A DNA stretch of 64,000 nucleotides, taken from Octopus vulgaris. Lineage: Eukaryota. Each line of letters begins with the position of its first letter. Positions within the stretch are counted from its first letter, which is position 1. The notes below the pieces were generated by a model. That model made no database searches. It had not been told where the DNA came from and saw only the letters and a list, made by a program, of their open reading frames with translations. Shown piece after piece: positions 52,343-64,000 of this stretch. The stretch lies in contig OX597816.1 of NCBI GenBank assembly GCA_951406725.2, positions 158,534,001 to 158,598,000 of the forward strand. The letters are read 5' to 3'. The position numbers were made by a program, and so were the translations under genes.

Positions 52343-52891
52343 TGGGTGAGAGAGCAGTTCATGCCATCAAAGTGACACTGGGGTAAAATATACGAAGCCC
52401 AATATACCCATCATGACTACCCGTCTGATAAGGGTACACCAGGCACATGCATCACAATCATATGTGTGCGACATGGTGATCTCATATCAAGATAAACAGC
52501 ACATGACCTTGCAGGTGGGGCCCAGTTAGAATTTTCTTCAGGTTGAGTAGCCCATCCTGCTCAAAAGGTCCCTGATTAAGGGTTGTTTAAGGATGTTGAA
52601 CGAAACACCCATGTTTCCAGAGGTGAATTATTCAAACCCCAAAGAATCCCTCTCAACACATGGCTATGATGCTCCCCCACTACTTCTGCTTGTGATCAGA
52701 GATGCACATATCGTCAGCCACTAAGGGACATGCTCAACTGGTTAAGGTCAAACAACTGACAAGCAAATCTGTGGTATTGAGCAGAATATTTGCTGTAGTC
52801 AATCTTTTATACCAAGACAAAACAATGTACATGATAACACTTCCAATCAGTTAAGATCAGAAGCTATGAGAGCTACTGCCTGGTACTGCAT
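52343..52891. mobile_element. About 550-bp interspersed repeat embedded in a (TTA)n microsatellite
   Basis: (TTA)n on both flanks; an inverted partial copy at about 650-820. Confidence 0.75.
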
Positions 52892-53534
52892 TATTATTAT
52901 TATTATTATTATTATTATCATCATTATTATTATTATTAAGGTGGTGAACTGGCAGATTTGTTAGTACACCAGGCAAAATGCTTAGTGACATTTTTTCAGC
53001 TTTTTACACTCTGAGTAGCTCCCTCCCAACAAAGTTTCAGGCCTTGTGCTTACAATAGAAAGGATTGTTTTTGTTACAGATATTATTATTATCATTAAAT
53101 GGAATACATTTTGTTCAAAAAGCTATAATTGCTCACTGAACTGAATGCATAACTAACTAACAATAAATACCCAATGCGATTCACTGATATCACAAACAGT
53201 TTTGTTTAAATAGCCATTGAAAACTTCACTGAATGAATACAAAGACAAGACAGGTTAATAATAGTGAAAGAATATTATTATGGGCATCTTTAATTTTTGA
53301 AAGGAAAGGAAGAGGTACAAAAAGTGATGACCATCAATGTTGATAAGTTAATAAAAAGACTTTATTGTTAAAGCATTAATGATTATGCATTTATTTAAGA
53401 AGCACAAAGATGTAGATAGATTTACATAAAAGGTGGGAAGTTGAGAGCATTGATTTCCCATAAACAACGAATGACTAATCAGGAACAACTCAACCATTGT
53501 ATAATAACAGGAATAATAATAATAATAATAATAA

Positions 53535-54174
53535 TCTTTTCTACTCTAGACACAAGGCCTGAAATTTTTGGAGAAAGGTCCAGTCGATTAGATCGACCCC
53601 AGTACACAACTGGTATTTAATTTATCGACCCTGAAAGGATGAAAGGTAGAGTCGACCTTGGAGGAATTTGAACTCAGAGCGCAAAGACAGATGAAATACC
53701 TATTTCTTTACTACCCACAAGGGGCTAAACACAGAGAGGACAGACAAACGGATTAAGTTGATTATATCGACTCCAGTGCGTAACTGGTACTTATTTAATC
53801 GACCCTGAAAGGGTGAAAGGCAACCTCAGCGGAATTTGAACTCAGAACGTAACTGCAGATGAAATACCACTAAGCATTTTGCTCAGCATGCTAACATTTC
53901 TGCCAGCTCGCTGCCTTCATCATCATCATCATCGTTTAACGTCCGTTTTCCGCGCTAGCACGGGTTGGACGGTTCGACCGGAGTCTGGGAAGCCAGGGCT
54001 GCACCAGGCTCCAGTCTGATCTAGCAGTGTTTCTACAGCTGGATGCCCTTCCTAACGCCAACCACTCCGTGCATGTAGTGGGTGCTTTTTACGTGCTACC
54101 TGCATAGGTGCCGGGGGGGGGGGGGGGTGGCGGTCTGGCATTGGCCACGATCAGTTGGTGCTTTTAATGTGCCA

Positions 54175-54211
<37 letters not shown>

Positions 54212-54629
54212 GTTTCAAATTTTGCCACAAGGGCAGCAATTGTGGGGAAGGGGCGAGCTGGCAGAAACATTAGCACACCGGGTGAAATGCTTAGTGAAAT
54301 TTCGTCTGTCTTTACATTCTGAGTTAAAATTCCGTCATTTCAGAGTTGATAAATTACGTACCAGTTGCATACTGAGGTCGATCTAATCAACTGGCCTCCT
54401 CCCCCAAAATTTCAAGCCTTGTGCCTAGAGTAGAAAAGAAAAGTTTTGGGGGAGGGGATGAGATGATTACATCGACCCCAGTGTTTAACTGGTACTTATT
54501 TTATTGACCTTGAAAGGATGAAAGGCAAAGTTGACCTCGGTGGAATTCAAACTCAGAACGTAGTGATGGGCAAAATACTGCTAAGCATTTCGTCTGGTGC
54601 CCTAATGATTCTGCCAGCTTGTCACCTTG

Positions 54630-54630
<1 letters not shown>
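53535..54630. mobile_element. Cluster of SINE family A (both orientations, including a dimer) and family C copies, separated by (AAT)n/(CAT)n tracts
   Basis: Repeated family A core (GAAAGGATGAAAGGCAAAGTCGACC); family C body at about 53917-54175; plus-strand A copy at about 54252-54440. Confidence 0.88.
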
Positions 54631-54664
<34 letters not shown>

Positions 54665-55559
54665 CATTTAACATTCACTTTCCATGCTGTCTAAGCAACA
54701 TTATCGGCCCTTGGACACATCAGTGCAATTGTAAGATTGTGATTTTGATTCCGGAAATAGGTGATGTGTAGTGTTCTTGAGCAAAACACTTTATTTTGTG
54801 CTGCTCCGGTCCACTGAGCCAGTCAAAATGAGTAACCCAGCGACAGACTGACGTCCCATCCAGGGGTGAATTGCATGTGACATGAAAACCAGGAAACCAG
54901 CCCTATGAGTCTAGAAGACTCACAAAGGAGCTTTATCCAAGTAACATGACTCCAGAGATCCTTTAGAGAAACTCCATTTCAACCACTTATTTTCGATTGA
55001 TCATCACCCAACATTCAAAATTGGATAGGGGCTCTGATAAGGTAGATGCAGTTAGTTTCAAACACATTTTTTTGTGAGATTCACTGAAAGAAGTTGGCTA
55101 CCCAGCTCAGGTTTTGGACCCTAGTTCAAATTCCGCTGAGGTCGACTTTGCCTTTCATCCTTTTGGGGTCGATAAATTAAGTACCAGTTACGCACTGGGG
55201 TCGATGTAATCGACTTAATACCTATGTCTGTCCTTGTTTGTCCCCTCTATGTTTAGCCCCTTGTAGGTAATAAAGAAATAGGTATAGATTTGATAGCCCT
55301 GGTCTCCTTAATAACTTATATTGCTTAAGCACATTTGAAATAGGGCAATAACCTGACAGACTGTCCAGCACCTTATACTAGCAACACATACTATTTTTGT
55401 ATGGATGGATAAATAGATGGAGAGAATATAAAGTGATGAATATTGTTTAGATGCCGTTGCCAAAGCATAGACATATCTTGTTTCTTAAAATGTTTTTTCT
55501 GTGTTTATATTTATACTTCAATAAGCAATACTTAGTCAAGAGAGAAGTATGTGCAAGTT

Positions 55560-55563
55560 AGCA

Positions 55564-55631
<68 letters not shown>

Positions 55632-55906
55632 TACATACATGTATATATATATATATATGCACACATACACGTACATGTATATATATATATATATTCACAT
55701 GCTCATATACACACATATTCTATATGCATGTGTGTGGGATACGTGTATGCACATATGTATTTGTTTATCTCTGTATGTGAAAGAGAGGGAGAGAGAGAGG
55801 AAGAGAGAGAGGAAGAGAGAGAGGAAGAGAGAGAGGAGAGAGAGAGGAAGAGATGGAGAGAGAGAGAGGAAGAGATGGAGAGAGAGAGAGAGAGAAAGAA
55901 AAGAAG

Positions 55907-55942
<36 letters not shown>

Positions 55943-56190
55943 CAACATTGAAAATCTTTGCTAGTCTAAAAAACTGTTATTGAGGGTGAACACAGATGTA
56001 CAGAAAGAAATGTTAGGAAGAAAAAGAGAGGAGGAAAGAAAAGTGAGAAAAGAGAAAGGGTGAAACAGAGAAAAGAGAAAGAAAAGAAGAACAGAGAGAG
56101 AGGGAGAGAAAGGAAAAGGTGAAGGGAGAGCTAGGAAGGAAAAGAGACAAAGTAAAAAAGTAAAAGGACTGTTGGAAATGAAAAGAAACA
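55560..56190. repeat. Compound (TA)n/(CA)n followed by a long purine-rich (GA)n tract
   Basis: Directly visible; a similar GA tract lies at 50085-50345. Confidence 0.95.
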
Positions 56191-57558
56191 ACATACAACT
56201 GTAAGCAGTGGGAGCACTGTCAAAGTGCCGAGTACTTTGAATAAGTGAGTTTCACTTCTGTAAATGTTGCCTGAAGATAGATAGATCTGTTTTTTTTAAT
56301 TTTTATTTTTTAGTGACGAGGGAAGGTATGTACCCATGGATGCTGTCAGGATCAGGTCAGCCAGCCAGCCATTGCTTCTGACTAAGCATCATCATTTTAA
56401 TATCCACTTTTCCATGCTTGCATGGGTTGGATGAAGTTTACTGAGGCAGATTTTCTTAGGCTGGATGCCCTTCCTGTTGCCAACATTCACTAATTTCTAA
56501 GAGAAGTACGATTTCTCCAGGGGCTGACTTGCTTTTGCAGAACAATGGAAATTAATGACTGCTTATATAACAGTGACATTCATTTACAACTATAACATGA
56601 TGTCAAGACAAGGAAATACAAACACAAACATATACATACATGTATACATATATATACAAATATACATACAAACACACACACATATACATTTATACATATA
56701 TATCTTATTATCATTGTCATTTTTTTTTTATTGCCCATGCTGGCATGGGTTGGATGGTTTGACAAGGGTTGGCAAGCTAAGAGGCTGCACCAGACTCCAA
56801 TCTGATTTGGCATGGTTTCTGTGGCTGGATGTCCTTCCTAATGCCAACACACACATTCACATACATACAGACACACACATAATTCAAATTCTGGCACAAG
56901 GCCAGCAATTTTGGTGCGGTTGATTACATTGATTTCAATATATAACTGGTACTTATTTCATTGGATGAAAGGCAAAGTCGAGTTCAGCGGGATTTCAACT
57001 CAGAAAATAAAGATGGATGAAATACCAATAGACATTTCGCCTGGCATACTAGCAATACTGCCAGTCTGCTGCCTTTTTTTTACCTATTTCTTTATTGCTC
57101 ACAAGGGGCTAAACATAGAGGGGACAAACAAGGACAGGCAAACAGATTCAGTTGATTATATCAACCCCAGTGCGTAACTGGTACTTATTTAATCGACCCT
57201 GAAAGAATGAAAGGCTAAGTCGACCTAGGCGGAATTTGAACTCATAACGTACTGGTATACGAAATACCACTAAGCATTTTGCCCAGCATGCTAATGTTTC
57301 TGCCAGCTCGCAACCTTTTTATTACCACCAATATTAGGGCAGCAGGCTGGCAGAATTATTACTGTGCCAGTAACAATTTTGCAGCATTTCTTCTGGCTTT
57401 ATGCTTGAAGTTCAAATTGTACCAAAGTTGACTTTGCCTTTCATCCTTTTGAGGATGATAAAATAGTTGAACACTGGTACCTATTTTATCAACTTCAAAA
57501 GGACAAAAGGCAATTTTGTTTTCATATATATAGGTGTGTGTGTGTGTGTGATATTATA

Positions 57559-58029
57559 CAGGGTGGTGCAAAAGTAGGTATACAGTTATGAAAAAAAAGA
57601 AAACACGTACAATACTTCGTTTTTGGATTTGGTTTGCAAGATTCTTTATGTGAGTTCGTGTGTTGAAGCATATTCTGTTGTGTCTGGGAAGAGTCATTTT
57701 CTTTTTGTGCCTTATAATTTAACACACTGGTAAAATTACCACTTATTTCTTATTTTTATTTTCCTAAAATTTTACCGGTGAGTATGTTAAATTATATGGC
57801 ACAAAAAGAAAATGATTCTCCCCAGACACAACAGAATGTACAATACTCATTAATTTTTATCAAAAAATAAAAAGTTACGATAAAAGTATTATTATAGATA
57901 AATGTATTATGATTAATGACATTGAAAATATCCAAAATGAAGCTAATTGAATGTGCTAATAATTTTAATGAATTAAGTATTACAACATTGATGTGATACT
58001 TAATGTATACCTACTTTTGCACCCCAGTG
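57559..58029. mobile_element. Tc1/mariner-type MITE with a nested palindromic element (57617-57837)
   Basis: TA|CAGGGTGGTGCAAAAGTAGGTATACA ... TGTATACCTACTTTTGCACCCCAGTG|TA (23/26 TIR match). Confidence 0.85.
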
Positions 58030-58476
58030 TATTTAATAATATTATATGATAATGTGGACACACAGGTGAACTGCTAAGTAGAGCTTAAAATAGAAAGTGG
58101 AATATGTCTTATCAGGCATCATCAAGTTAGTCTTAGTTACAATAATTCTAATAAACAAACAGTTAGTAATACACTTAGTTACCTTCATATCAATCAAACT
58201 TTGATATCCTTTTAATGCTTTCTTTTAAAATGTCTTTTATGCAATGTTCAATAGTCTCTAAAACAATCACAACTTAAACCTCCTTAATTAGTTAGCTAAT
58301 GAAAAGTACATATAACCATTGTTATTTTTTCTCCTGCTTTCTTTGGGTTAAATGAAATTTGTTGAGGCACACAGTCTACAGCTTCATGCTATTCCTATTG
58401 TCAACCCTCATCTGTTTCCAAACAAGGTAATATTTTCCCATAACCAGACATGTTTTTCACAGAAGCAAAATAAAAA

Positions 58477-58820
58477 TCAAATGGAAATTACAGTTAAGAT
58501 ACATGTGCCGGTGACCTGTAAAAAGCACTGTCCAAACGTGGCAGATGCCAGTACCGCCTGACTAGCGTCCGTGTCGGTGACCCCTAAAAGCACCAACCAA
58601 TCGTGGCCGTTTGCCAGCCTCCTCTGTCCCCTGTGCCGGTGGCACGTAAAAAGCACCCACAACACTCTCGGAGTGGTTGGCATTAGGAAGGGCATCCAGC
58701 TGTAGAAACACTGTCAGATCAGACTGGAGCCTGGTGCAGCCTCCTGGATTTCCAGACCCCGGTTGAACCGTCCAACCCATGCTAGCATGGAAAACGAACG
58801 TTAAACGATGATGATGATGA
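58477..58820 (+). mobile_element. Retroposon family C
   Basis: Collinear with 30395-30743; (GAT)n tail. Confidence 0.9.
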
Positions 58821-58889
58821 TTACAAACACAATATTGCTATGATGGTGATGTCATCTAGTAATTCAAGACAAATGGACAAACAAACACA

Positions 58890-59125
58890 TCATTATTACT
58901 TCGTCAGTTGTTGCAGACAATGACCAAGGACATCACACAGAAAACAGGGCATGGTACATCCATCTGTGCCCGATCAGTCTGATGCATGATTGGAAGGCTC
59001 TGCCACAGGTTGGGTACTGATGGTTGGTTAGGACTGAAGGCAAGGAGTTGGCTCTGGACTTGCATAGTTTGTACTTTCTTTGTACCTCAGCAATCCTGTT
59101 CGGTTGGCAGAATGTGGCATACCTG
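58890..59125 (-). mobile_element. RTE-type LINE 3' fragment (C-terminal zinc-finger relic)
   Basis: NRIAEVQRKYKLCKSRA...YPTCGRAFQSCIRLIGHRW resembles the CPxCGRxFxxRIGLxSH end of RTE ORF2. Confidence 0.72.
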
Positions 59126-59199
59126 CAGATAGCCATACATACAAACAACCATACACACCTATATTCAATACATGCCTGTGTACACATATAATCTTTTAC

Positions 59200-59584
59200 A
59201 CTTTTGCTTGTTTCAGTCATGTGACTGTGGCCATGCTGGAGCACCGCCTTTAGTCGAGGAAATCGACCCCAAGACTCATTCTTTGTAAGCCTAGTACTTA
59301 TTCTATCGGTCTCTTTTGCCGAACTGCTAAGTTACGGGGATATAAACACACCAGCATCGGTTGTCAAGCGATGTTGGGGGGACAAACACAGACACACAAA
59401 CATATACACACACATACATATATATATATACACGATGGGCTGCTTTCAGTTTCCGTCTACCAAATCCACTCACAAAGCTTTGGTCGGCCCGAGGCTATAG
59501 AAGACACTTGCCCAAGGGGCCACGCAGTGGGACTGAACCTGGAATCATGTGGTTCATAAGCAAGCTACTTACCACACAACCACT
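59200..59584 (-). mobile_element. SINE family B
   Basis: Collinear with 3332-3741. Confidence 0.9.
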
Positions 59585-59739
59585 GATGAACTTTAAAAAA
59601 TTTTTTTTGTTTATCAAAGCCAAAACCATAGTAGAAGACACTTGTTTAAGGTGCCACACAGTGGGACTGAACCCAGAACCATGTTGTTGAGAAGTGAACG
59701 TCTCAACCACACAACTGTGCATAAACATACACACACACA

Positions 59740-59781
<42 letters not shown>

Positions 59782-61725
59782 ATATGCATGTACACATTTA
59801 CATACATATTCAATCACACACATGCACATGAGAGAGAGGAAAGTAAAGTATGAGAGAGGGAGGAAAAGAGAGAGATAGTTATTAATTTTAAGTGGAAAAA
59901 GATACCTAAAAGCTTGATATAATTGATCCAAGCAAGGTTTTAACAATTACCTTATTATCTTATATTTGTTTTTATTTCTGGTTTAACGTCTGCTTTCTAA
60001 TGGCAGCATGGCATGGGTTAGATAGGTATGCAGGCATTAGTTATTCATTTATGGAAGCTTGAGAAAAGCAATAATGGAATTACAGTTTGATTTAATAGGA
60101 ACCCACTCAGTGACATTAATTATTCATGAAAAATGAGCCTGACAAGAATAAGAGAAATGCAAGCTGTGGAGAAAATTTATAGCCCCCACTTATACAAATG
60201 ATGATGAAGTCCCTTGGTGTACAGTTAAGATTTATAGTTTGTGACGCATAACAACGACAACAACAAAATGAAATCAATATAATTAAACTTATCTGATTTG
60301 TCTGAGTATTACTGTGGAAGTGTCTACTGCTGTTAATTAGTTTGTTGCTCCCAATTAAAATTTAATATTTGTTAGTTTAAGAAAATAAAGGAAGGGCTCT
60401 CATATTTTGCTAAGATTCTCTTCAATCAGTCATGGACAAACTGCAACCTGCAGGAACTTGCTGAATGGCATAGCAATGAAAAATTACCTTGAATTAGTAA
60501 TGCAGCCCCTATAGATGATGAGTCATGTCTCATGTGGCTGGTTTCTGAAAAACAGTTGCCTATGCCTGTCCCAGACAATTGAGTCAGATGGTTGCCATTG
60601 TTGTTACTTAGCTATTAGTCAGCTCTGATTGAGACAATATTTGATCTAAATCGATTGTTATGAACATCATATCATCTGAGCTAATGAAGGGATCATGTCA
60701 GTTATAAGTGAAGAATAACTTGTCTGAACTCAAGTTGAAACTGCTCACTGACAAAGTCTCTACAAATTCAAATGTAAAAAAAAAAGAGGGAGTTAGATAG
60801 AATGGGAATTGGCATGACTGTAGAATCAAGAAATTTGCTTCTCAACTATGTGGCTTTGGTTTTAGTTCTACAATATGGTACCTTGGCTAAATGTCTTCTT
60901 CTAGAGCTCAGGGTTAACCAAAGTGTTGTGTGTGTATTTGATAGATTGGCTCCCTGTGTTGGTGGCATTTAAAATGCACCATCAGATCAGGATTACTTTT
61001 TGGTTGCTATCAGTTATTTTTTTTTTTTACATATATCTAAATATTTATGGATTTACTGTTGATGGATGGACAAATAATATATCCTTTGATACCTTTATGT
61101 GGGGCTAAGGTTTGGCTTGGAGCAGATTATTCCTAATCATATGTGTTTTAATTACTTATGTAAGGAACAATTTGGTAAATGACCAATGCTCTAGAATGGA
61201 TTATGTTTGTATATATAAAGCCCACTGTACTGCAAAACAATTCGTCCAACCTTTTTATTGACTCTGAAAGGATGACAGGCAAAGTTGACCATGATGAGAT
61301 TTGAACTCAGATCATAGAGAGTTGGAATTGTTCTGCAATCCAGCCACAATTAGTATTTATTTGTTGGTTCCAGAAAGATAAAAAGAAAGCTGACCTCAGT
61401 TGGATTTGAACTCAGAATGCAGAGGATTGGAACAGATACTGCAAGCAGTAGAGATAAGGATGGGGTAATGGTAGTAGAGGTAAAATATTGTGGTAGGAGA
61501 AAGAAGGAGCAGAGGTGTAGTAGCAGTAAAAGTTACAGGGTGTTGGTGGGAGTGAAGGTGTAATGGTGGTGTCATTAGAGGCAATGGGGTGGTAATTGTA
61601 GAGGGCCAGAGAGCAGAACTTCCAGACATTTACAAGTAATGTTGTTTATGTGGCAGTGGAGTCTACAGACAACTGACGATGGTGCTACTGATAATGATGG
61701 CTATGATGATAATGATAGTTATATG

Positions 61726-61868
61726 CACCAGCATAACTAGAGTGTGTGCTGCCCGGAGCGACACTTCAGTTTGCAGCCCCTGGAACACACAAAAAACACA
61801 TATTGCCTACAGCAATAATCTACAACAGGATGAAAAGTGCTGCCCAGTGTGAACTAGCTACACTAGAG
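61726..61868. mobile_element. Uninterrupted copy of the same MITE
   Basis: CTAGAGTGTGTGCTGCCC...GTTTGCAGCCCCTGG...AAAAAACACATATTGCCTACA is shared with the 25641-26289 flanks. Confidence 0.72.
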
Positions 61869-62999
61869 GTCATATGTTGTGGTAGTGTAGTGGTAGGTGT
61901 GAAAAAGTTACCTGAAGAGGTAACTGTCTGTGATTGTAATATTTCATTCTTGTGATACTTATTTCTTTTAAAAGATCTTTTTTTTCGTTCTTTAATTGTT
62001 TAGAGAAATAAATACATAGATTTATTGAAACCAGTTCTGCCTTGCTTTATAAAATAAAGCCTTCTATATAAATATATAAACAAAGCAAAAAAACAAAAAA
62101 AATATAGGAAGTGTGATAGGTGGGAGAATTAATTTCTTCCACCTATCCCACCCATTAATTTCTCCTCTTAAAATAAATATTAAATAAATGAAAAATAAAT
62201 AAAGAAAAAAGTCACTGACTAAAGAACTAAGTAAAGTTAATCACCTTTTAAAAATCAGGTATCCGGGTTTAACCTGCTTAATGTATAACTGTTCATTCTT
62301 ATTCAATCCCATGCTTGACACGGGCCACTGAATCCATTCACATAAAAACAGGATAGATGGGAAGAGAGAGATAATCAGATAAATCAGATAGATAGATAGA
62401 TAGAGAAAGGCCTGTCAAGAAAAATTTTATCTGGAGCTATTCATTGCTGATGGTGGTGGTGGTGGTGGTGATGGTGTTGGTGGTAGTGGTGGTGCTTAAT
62501 GAAGTCAACCCATAAAGGGTTTTGAAATCACATTTACAGAAAAAAAAAAAAAAGAACAGGAAGAAGTGAAGTGATTGAATAGGATCTTGGTAGCAGGTGT
62601 CAAATGTAGATTACATGAAAACAAGACACAGGAAAGGCCTTGCCCTATCCTTAGTTTCAAGACAATATATATTATAAAAAGCTGGCAAAAAAAAAAAAAA
62701 AATTCAGGTATCAACAGATGAAACCCTCAGGAATCATTTAATCAGAATGGACAGGTGAATTCATTATAGCTGAATTATATCACCTTACCTGTTTCTAATG
62801 AATATTTCTGAAAAGAAACATGGGAATTGTAGAGTTGTGAAGGTAAGATATTGGTTGGAAAGGATATTTTTAGTTAGTGTTGGTGGTTAATGATGTGTAA
62901 ATGCGGTTACTATAGATGTATGGTTGGGTAGTTACAGCTGGAGAGATGCTGGGATAGTAATCTCGCCTTTGCGGTATAGAAGTAATGATGTACAACTGG

Positions 63000-63760
63000 C
63001 TGTGTAGCAGTGATGTGTTTAGTGGTTATACAGAGGTAATATGTTAGTAATTATATAGAAGGGATGTGTTAGTAATAATGTAGAGGTGATGTGTTAGTAA
63101 TATTATAGAAGTGATGTTAGTAATTATATAAAGGTGATATCAAATTAATTATGTAGAAGGAATGTGTTAATAATTATACAAACATAATAAATTAGCAATT
63201 ATACAGACATGATGTGTTAATAATTATGATTACGTGATGTGTTAATAATTATGTAGAGGTGATGTGTTAGTAATTATACAAAGATAATGCGTTAATAATT
63301 ATAGGAAGGTGATGTATTAGTATTTACATACAGGTAATATGCTGAGAGTGACCTAGTGGTTAGGATGCTGCACATATGACTGTAAGATTAGCACATCATG
63401 TAATCATAATTATTAAGTTTCAGCTCCTGGACTGGGCAGTGCATTGAGGTTTTGAGCAAAGCACTTCATTTCATACAGCTCCAGTCTATTCAGCAATAGC
63501 AGGGAAATTAAACCTGCGATGGATCAGTGTACTGTTCAGAGGGGAATGTTGAAATCTCAGTCATTTATACAACATGGAAACAGGGTTAATCTCCGGACTT
63601 ACGGGTTGTAAGGCTCATAGAAAGCCTAAGTCTAAGATGTGTTGGGAGCTACATAGAAGCAATGTGTTAGGGCTATATAGAGATGATGTGTTAGCAGTTA
63701 AATGGCAGTGAGATGTTAGAAGTTATATAGGGGTCATGCTTTAGTAATTATATAGAGCTG
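63000..63760. repeat. Degenerate ~24-25-bp minisatellite (GTGATGTGTTAGTAATTATATAGAG-like), split by a family D SINE
   Basis: Units visible at about 63000-63340 and 63635-63760. Confidence 0.85.
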
Positions 63761-64000
63761 TAAGCATTCAGTCCACTCTGCAGGGTGGTTGGCGCTAGGA
63801 AAGGCATCCAGCTGTAAAAACCATGCCAAAACAGACACTGAAGTCTGGTGCAGGCTCCTACCTGGCCAGCTCCTGTCAAACTATTCAACCCATGCCAGCT
63901 TGGAAGGTGGACATTAAACAATGATGATATTTAATTAATATAGTTCCATTGCTGAAGCCTGAGTTTTTGGGTTGTCTTGTGCTTATATTCTTGAAATAAC

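Noticed and set aside
55549-56198. Long YI-, ER- and SL-rich ORFs (also 376-582, 49989-50472 and others)
   Set aside because: Translations of microsatellites.
58183-58221. Short open stretch KALKGYQSLIDMK ending at AAG|gtaact on the minus strand
   Set aside because: No adequate acceptor or pyrimidine tract.

Overview
AT-rich eukaryotic (animal) genomic DNA that is mostly intron, dense in microsatellites and interspersed repeats. The repeat families resemble, from memory, those of octopus/coleoid cephalopod genomes; this is an inference, not a database result. The one well-supported gene is on the minus strand: eight short exons (31194-31054, 20491-20396, 16829-16773, 15422-15273, 11492-11382, 8016-7864, 4436-4299, 1211-1092). 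All have canonical AG/GT ends and phase-0 junctions, and they splice into a stop-free 322-aa Dbl-homology (RhoGEF) domain plus the start of a PH domain, most like PLEKHG5/6/7. The gene continues beyond position 1 and its 5' end is unresolved; candidate upstream exons lie at about 38.4, 56.2, 60.5 and 62.8 kb. Almost all other ORFs in the track are artefacts of repeats. The introns hold at least four SINE-like families, LINE remnants (R4/Dong-like, RTE, CR1-like, L1/Tx1-like), piggyBac-, hAT- and Tc1/mariner-type MITEs, Helentron-type non-autonomous elements, and several nested insertions with visible target-site duplications. I found no convincing novel protein-coding system. The most unusual structures are a near-perfect 606-bp foldback (297-bp arms), headless SINE multimers with a recurrent junction, and candidate microexons.
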